A DNA stretch of 10,194 bases from Pseudobacteriovorax sp. (GTDB lineage: Bacteria > Bdellovibrionota_B > Oligoflexia > Oligoflexales > Oligoflexaceae), in NCBI GenBank assembly GCA_050293845.1, contig JBNKNM010000202.1, forward strand, positions 1-10,194. Direction: 5' to 3'. The translations under genes were made by a program, and so were the position numbers. The notes below the pieces were generated by a model. The model saw nothing but the letters and a program-made list of their open reading frames with translations. It was not told the DNA's origin and did no database searches. Of the stretch, positions 6,827-10,194 are shown one piece after another (position 1 is the stretch's first letter; each line of letters begins with the position of its first letter).

Positions 6827-7075
6827 CTAATCATTTTCTACCTCAGTCATTCCCATAATGCTTGTCAAACTCATTGTATAGCTATCTCCCGATTGCGAAT
6901 CAAAAGTAATCATTGTAATTTCTTCGTGTTCACCTCTAGGAGAATAACTGCTGATTACTCCCGTTTGTGGTTGGCCACCTAAATTACCAGTAATCAAACT
7001 TTGATTAACCTTCCAATGCCTTACCTTTTTTTGAAGTTTTTTGTACTGTTTAACGCTTTCGCTTTCTCTAACCAT
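6827..7075 (-). CDS. Hypothetical protein (82 aa, predicted beta-rich)
   Basis: The strong SD GGAGGAGG sits before ATG 7075, so the start is revised from TTG 7090. Confidence 0.75.
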   Translation of the reverse strand: MVRESESVKQYKKLQKKVRHWKVNQSLITGNLGGQPQTGVISSYSPRGEHEEITMITFDSQSGDSYTMSLTSIMGMTEVEND

Positions 7076-7190
7076 TTTTCCCTCCTCCAATGCGCTTCAT
7101 TTGATAACTTTTACTTCAAGATCTCTCTGCAATTTATCTATTTCAACATTCACTGTTATAATCTTTCCCTAAAAAAGAAATAGATTTAAT

Positions 7191-7568
7191 TCAAATAAGC
7201 TTGACTTTATTTGGACGGTTTCCATCAATCTCAACGAAACCAATTTTTTCTAAAATTGGAAGTATATAATTAATATGACGAGTTCCTCTTGGTTCAACTT
7301 CAAGTGACAACGAAGATCTTTCAGTAGCTTGATTGTTCGATCCTATTTCAACAAAATTTCCGAATCCATGTTGTATTAATACGTCAATAACCTTCTGGAA
7401 TTTATTCCAAGGAATCGATAGTATGCTTCCATTTTTAGTTTCTATTTTTAGAATTTGTTGATTATTTTCAATTATAGTGTATTGGCTACCACTATTATTA
7501 TCTGGCGTCTTATAAACAGCCCCAATGATTGAATCGGGATGGTTTCGTAGGTAGTTTATTATAGTCAT
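7191..7568 (-). CDS. Hypothetical protein (125 aa) with a winged-helix-like C-terminus
   Basis: SD-like GAGGGG/AAGG upstream. The C-terminal NYILPILEKIGFVEIDGNRPNKVKLI resembles a recognition helix plus wing. Confidence 0.75.
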   Translation of the reverse strand: MTIINYLRNHPDSIIGAVYKTPDNNSGSQYTIIENNQQILKIETKNGSILSIPWNKFQKVIDVLIQHGFGNFVEIGSNNQATERSSLSLEVEPRGTRHINYILPILEKIGFVEIDGNRPNKVKLI

Positions 7569-7620
7569 CCTTTTCCCTCAAATTTAAAATTCAACTCAGA
7601 AAATATCCGTTATTTTCGGA

Positions 7621-7902
7621 TTACTTAGACCTAACCTGTGAAGTTATTTTCTTTAAGACTTCTGAAGCTTTTGTTTCATTAAAATCGAAATGATAAACGA
7701 TCCAAGTGGCTTTCTCCGGACCATCTCCACCATGATGTGCAACGCATTTATGGCTTTTTGCTTTCGCGGTTTCATATTTTTGAGCATCCGTTTTATTATT
7801 AAATGTCTTCAGTATTTTCCAGTTCTTCATACTTGGGTATTGCGATTTCCAATGTTTTTTACGTTCTTCTTCATTCGTAGTTATTCCGACTCTGCATCCC
7901 AT
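7621..7902 (-). CDS. Small GIY-YIG-like protein (93 aa)
   Basis: SD AAGGAGGAGG before ATG 7902 (start revised from 7935). CRVGITTNEEER..HW and AQKYE match the YIG-strand, catalytic Arg and metal-binding Glu pattern of GIY-YIG nucleases. Confidence 0.6.
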   Translation of the reverse strand: MGCRVGITTNEEERKKHWKSQYPSMKNWKILKTFNNKTDAQKYETAKAKSHKCVAHHGGDGPEKATWIVYHFDFNETKASEVLKKITSQVRSK

Positions 7903-8369
7903 TTTTTCCCTCCTCCTTTCAATTAAAAACATCAACTTAGTCGGAGATCACACCAACGAACTAAACCAAATATTTTAGCGATAATAGATTATTATTTTTT
8001 TGAAATTTTCTTTTTAGACTGGCATATCATTTGCATTGAAAAAGTATACGCACAACAAGTCCAAGAATGCTTTTTTGTCTTGGCTTGTGAAATTTGCGAT
8101 TACAATTGATTTTCATTTATTTCCTGTCTGTGGGAACTTTGGGACGTATGTTCTTATTTTATCCACACACTGGAAACTTGATTGTCTATTGCTCCCGCAA
8201 TCTTCACGAGTCAGGACTTTTTTGCGTTTTGGGATTAATTCTATTTTAGAGGAATTTTGTTGTGAAACCGCAAGCAGTCTACAATACGTCATAATTATCC
8301 AATACAATTACTAGGTTTATAAAATCACTTGCCTTGGCCTTGTTCAATAGGTTACTTACTTGTTGTAAA

Positions 8370-8394
8370 GTTCAAAGTCCGGGAGGTGGTACCA
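8370..8394 (+). other. tRNA 3'-end remnant, probable prophage attachment site (attR)
   Basis: GTTCAAAGT-CCGGG-AGGTGGT-A-CCA parses as a T-loop-like segment (one extra base), 5-nt T-stem 3' strand, 7-nt acceptor 3' strand, discriminator A and CCA. No 5' half of a tRNA lies upstream. It sits between phage-like genes and a host gene. Confidence 0.7.
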
Positions 8395-8832
8395 CAACTC
8401 TCCATAAATATTCGATTAAATCATTTCCTAATTCATAAAGATTGTTCAATCAGATTTGGACCAGTCGGGCCGATCCTAATGTTTGATTGACTACGGATAT
8501 CACTGACGAGCTTAAGGTTTGATGGGCACAATCTGGGTCAAACTTGGGCCAGAACAGATTATGTTGCAGGAAAATCGCGTGAAAAAGAAAACACAAACTT
8601 TTCTTATATTTCGCCCAGAGAAGCAAAAGATAATCTTTCACATGCCTAGGTTTCAGTAAAAACTGCCTGTTGTGGCATCTGAAGAATACATGGAATATGA
8701 GTTGTCTGGCAATATCTGCTTTATTGGATACATGATTATAAAATTAACAGTTTTTAGGATTAGTTTCCAGTGACATTGATTGGTGGCTGCTGACTTATAT
8801 GGATATAGCTTCGCACGTGGAAGCACTCCGTT

Positions 8833-8866
8833 CAGAGAAACACAGAGAAACAGAGAAATTGAGAAA
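8833..8866 (+). repeat. Short imperfect tandem repeat (CAGAGAAA x3 plus GAGAAA)
   Basis: CAGAGAAA at 8833, 8843 and 8851; GAGAAA at 8861. Confidence 0.7.
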
Positions 8867-8887
8867 TTCTTATTTCATGACTAGTCC

Positions 8888-9841
8888 TCAGCCCGTAGGG
8901 TGAAGGAAGTTAGGATAAGGAGCAAAAATGGTTTGTTGCTGAATATAAGCACTGCTGGTGTGGGAATTTACGAACTTTAGTAAGTTCAATGGCACCGAGA
9001 TCGAAACCAACCCCTCGTTATAGGACTGTATGGCATCTAGGATCTGTTTTTTCTGCTGACCAGTAAGTTCTTTCTTAAAAAATCCAACCATATGCAGGAG
9101 TGCATCTGTTCCTTGAGAGCGTTTTCGTGGCTTTGCAAATAATTTAGAGAGTATTGCTATATATGAATTTATCACGTCTTCCATATTCTTTGGTTTTGCA
9201 TTTGCTACTAGTGGGCCAAGTAGCCGAAATTTTTCAGGATGGTAGGATAGGAGTAAGAATTTGTTGTTCCTGTGAAAAGCTTGAAGTAATGAGAGCTTGC
9301 GAGGCAATATTCTCAGTTCCCGATATAGGTAAACATGGGTCAGAAAAGCATCTCGCTGATCCATGTCATTGAGGCGCCCATGCTCTGTTGTAGGTAAAAA
9401 AGGCAGCTCCTTTTTCAAATAACTACTAAAAAAACCCATTCCCGACTTGTGAGGAATGTTGTTTTTACTGTCATAAACCTTTACATGGCTCAGTCCACAC
9501 ATCGGAGAATTTGCCATTAACACATAACCATCTAGATCCCTTAGGTCCTGTATTGCCGCAATATCACGAATGGCTTTCTGAGCTATTCCAGTCATGTCTT
9601 TTTTAGATTTTGAGCTTTCTAAGCTGTATTCTTTTGAATTTGAATTTTTAACGATCCGCATAGCTTCGCGAGGTGCGCCGAGACCCATGGCCATTTCAGG
9701 ACAAATAGATATAAAATTTGCTACCTTACCTAGCTCCTCCGTCAACCAGCGATGCCGCTTACCTTCTCCATCGAATCTTACTTTTTCCCCCAAAAGACAG
9801 GAGCTTACTCCTAGGTTTATGCTTTGATGTGTTTTCGTCAT
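8888..9841 (-). CDS. ybgA: DUF523 (2-thiouracil desulfurase-like) and DUF1722 domain protein, YbgA family (host gene)
   Basis: GVSSCLLGEKVRFDG, ICPEMAMGLGAPRE, SPMCG, GMGFF and EHGRLND (DUF523). FH...KFLLLSYHP, HMVGFFK and YIQQQTIFAPYP (DUF1722). Confidence 0.95.
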   Translation of the reverse strand: MTKTHQSINLGVSSCLLGEKVRFDGEGKRHRWLTEELGKVANFISICPEMAMGLGAPREAMRIVKNSNSKEYSLESSKSKKDMTGIAQKAIRDIAAIQDLRDLDGYVLMANSPMCGLSHVKVYDSKNNIPHKSGMGFFSSYLKKELPFLPTTEHGRLNDMDQRDAFLTHVYLYRELRILPRKLSLLQAFHRNNKFLLLSYHPEKFRLLGPLVANAKPKNMEDVINSYIAILSKLFAKPRKRSQGTDALLHMVGFFKKELTGQQKKQILDAIQSYNEGLVSISVPLNLLKFVNSHTSSAYIQQQTIFAPYPNFLHPTG

Positions 9842-9997
9842 TTCCTAGATCTCCACCAGCTTCAGGCTTAGTATCGTCTAGTTCGCATGGGCAGTCGACT
9901 TTCAAATTGATGCACAAGGGACCTCTGAATCAGGCTTTAAATCATGGTCATGATCAAGACGTGTAATAGACAGCATAGGGACACGGAGGAAGAGGGA

Positions 9998-10194
9998 GAG
10001 TTACGGAGCGTTACGGAGCGTTACGGGAGTTACCGTTACGGAGGACCGTTACAGAGCGTTACGGAGCGTTACGGAGGACGGAGTTACGGAGCAGTTAGAG
10101 TTACGTTACGGAGGACCTTACGGAGGACGCGTTACGGAGCGTTACGGAGGACGGAGCTTCCTTGAAAGAGGTTTTAGAGTTACGGAGAGTTACG
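9998..10194 (+). repeat. Scrambled short-repeat array built from GTTACGGAG(C) and GAGGAC words, open at the window end
   Basis: 14 copies of TTACG and 5 of GAGGAC, all in one orientation. It begins with a 10-bp period (GTTACGGAGC)n at 10000-10026. Confidence 0.92.

Larger units (their letters stand above)
1..8394. mobile_element. Prophage, right-hand portion (extends leftward beyond the window)
   Basis: Portal/terL/terS, HNH, rep and small accessory genes, bounded by a tRNA-derived att-like sequence and followed by a typical bacterial gene. Confidence 0.78.

Noticed and set aside
8036..8641. ORFs 8036-8314 (+), 8113-8307 (-) and 8450-8641 (-)
   Set aside because: Atypical composition and no motifs; the region is better explained as non-coding att-flanking DNA.
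8833..8866. CAGAGAAA repeats as a terminator or functional array
   Set aside because: There is no stem-loop; simple slippage downstream of ybgA is a sufficient explanation.
9944..10165. 73-aa ORF with repeated SVTERYG/RYG
   Set aside because: It is a by-product of translating the nucleotide repeat array; the 10-bp period is not a codon multiple.
9998..10194. Possible CRISPR array
   Set aside because: There is no constant 23-47-bp repeat separated by unique spacers, and no cas genes are in view.

Overview
The window is the right-hand end of an AT-rich, apparently integrated temperate phage (about 1-8394) followed by host DNA. On the minus strand, a late/packaging operon runs from an HNH-NUMOD1 endonuclease through several small hypothetical genes to terS, terL and the 5' part of a probable portal gene, which runs off the window edge. 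Divergent from it on the plus strand is a two-gene replication-type operon. It comprises a 148-aa winged-helix protein and, translationally coupled to it, a ~487-aa AEP/RepB'-like primase-initiator that carries a clearly homologous copy of the same winged-helix domain and an internal 18-bp tandem repeat. Four small convergent accessory genes follow, one of them GIY-YIG-like. An isolated tRNA 3'-end fragment at 8370-8394 is the probable attR. Beyond it lie a host DUF523/DUF1722 (YbgA-family) gene and a scrambled, strand-biased GTTACGGAG repeat array running to the window end. No integrase, helicase or cI-type repressor is visible. All family assignments come from motif recognition by eye, not from database searches.
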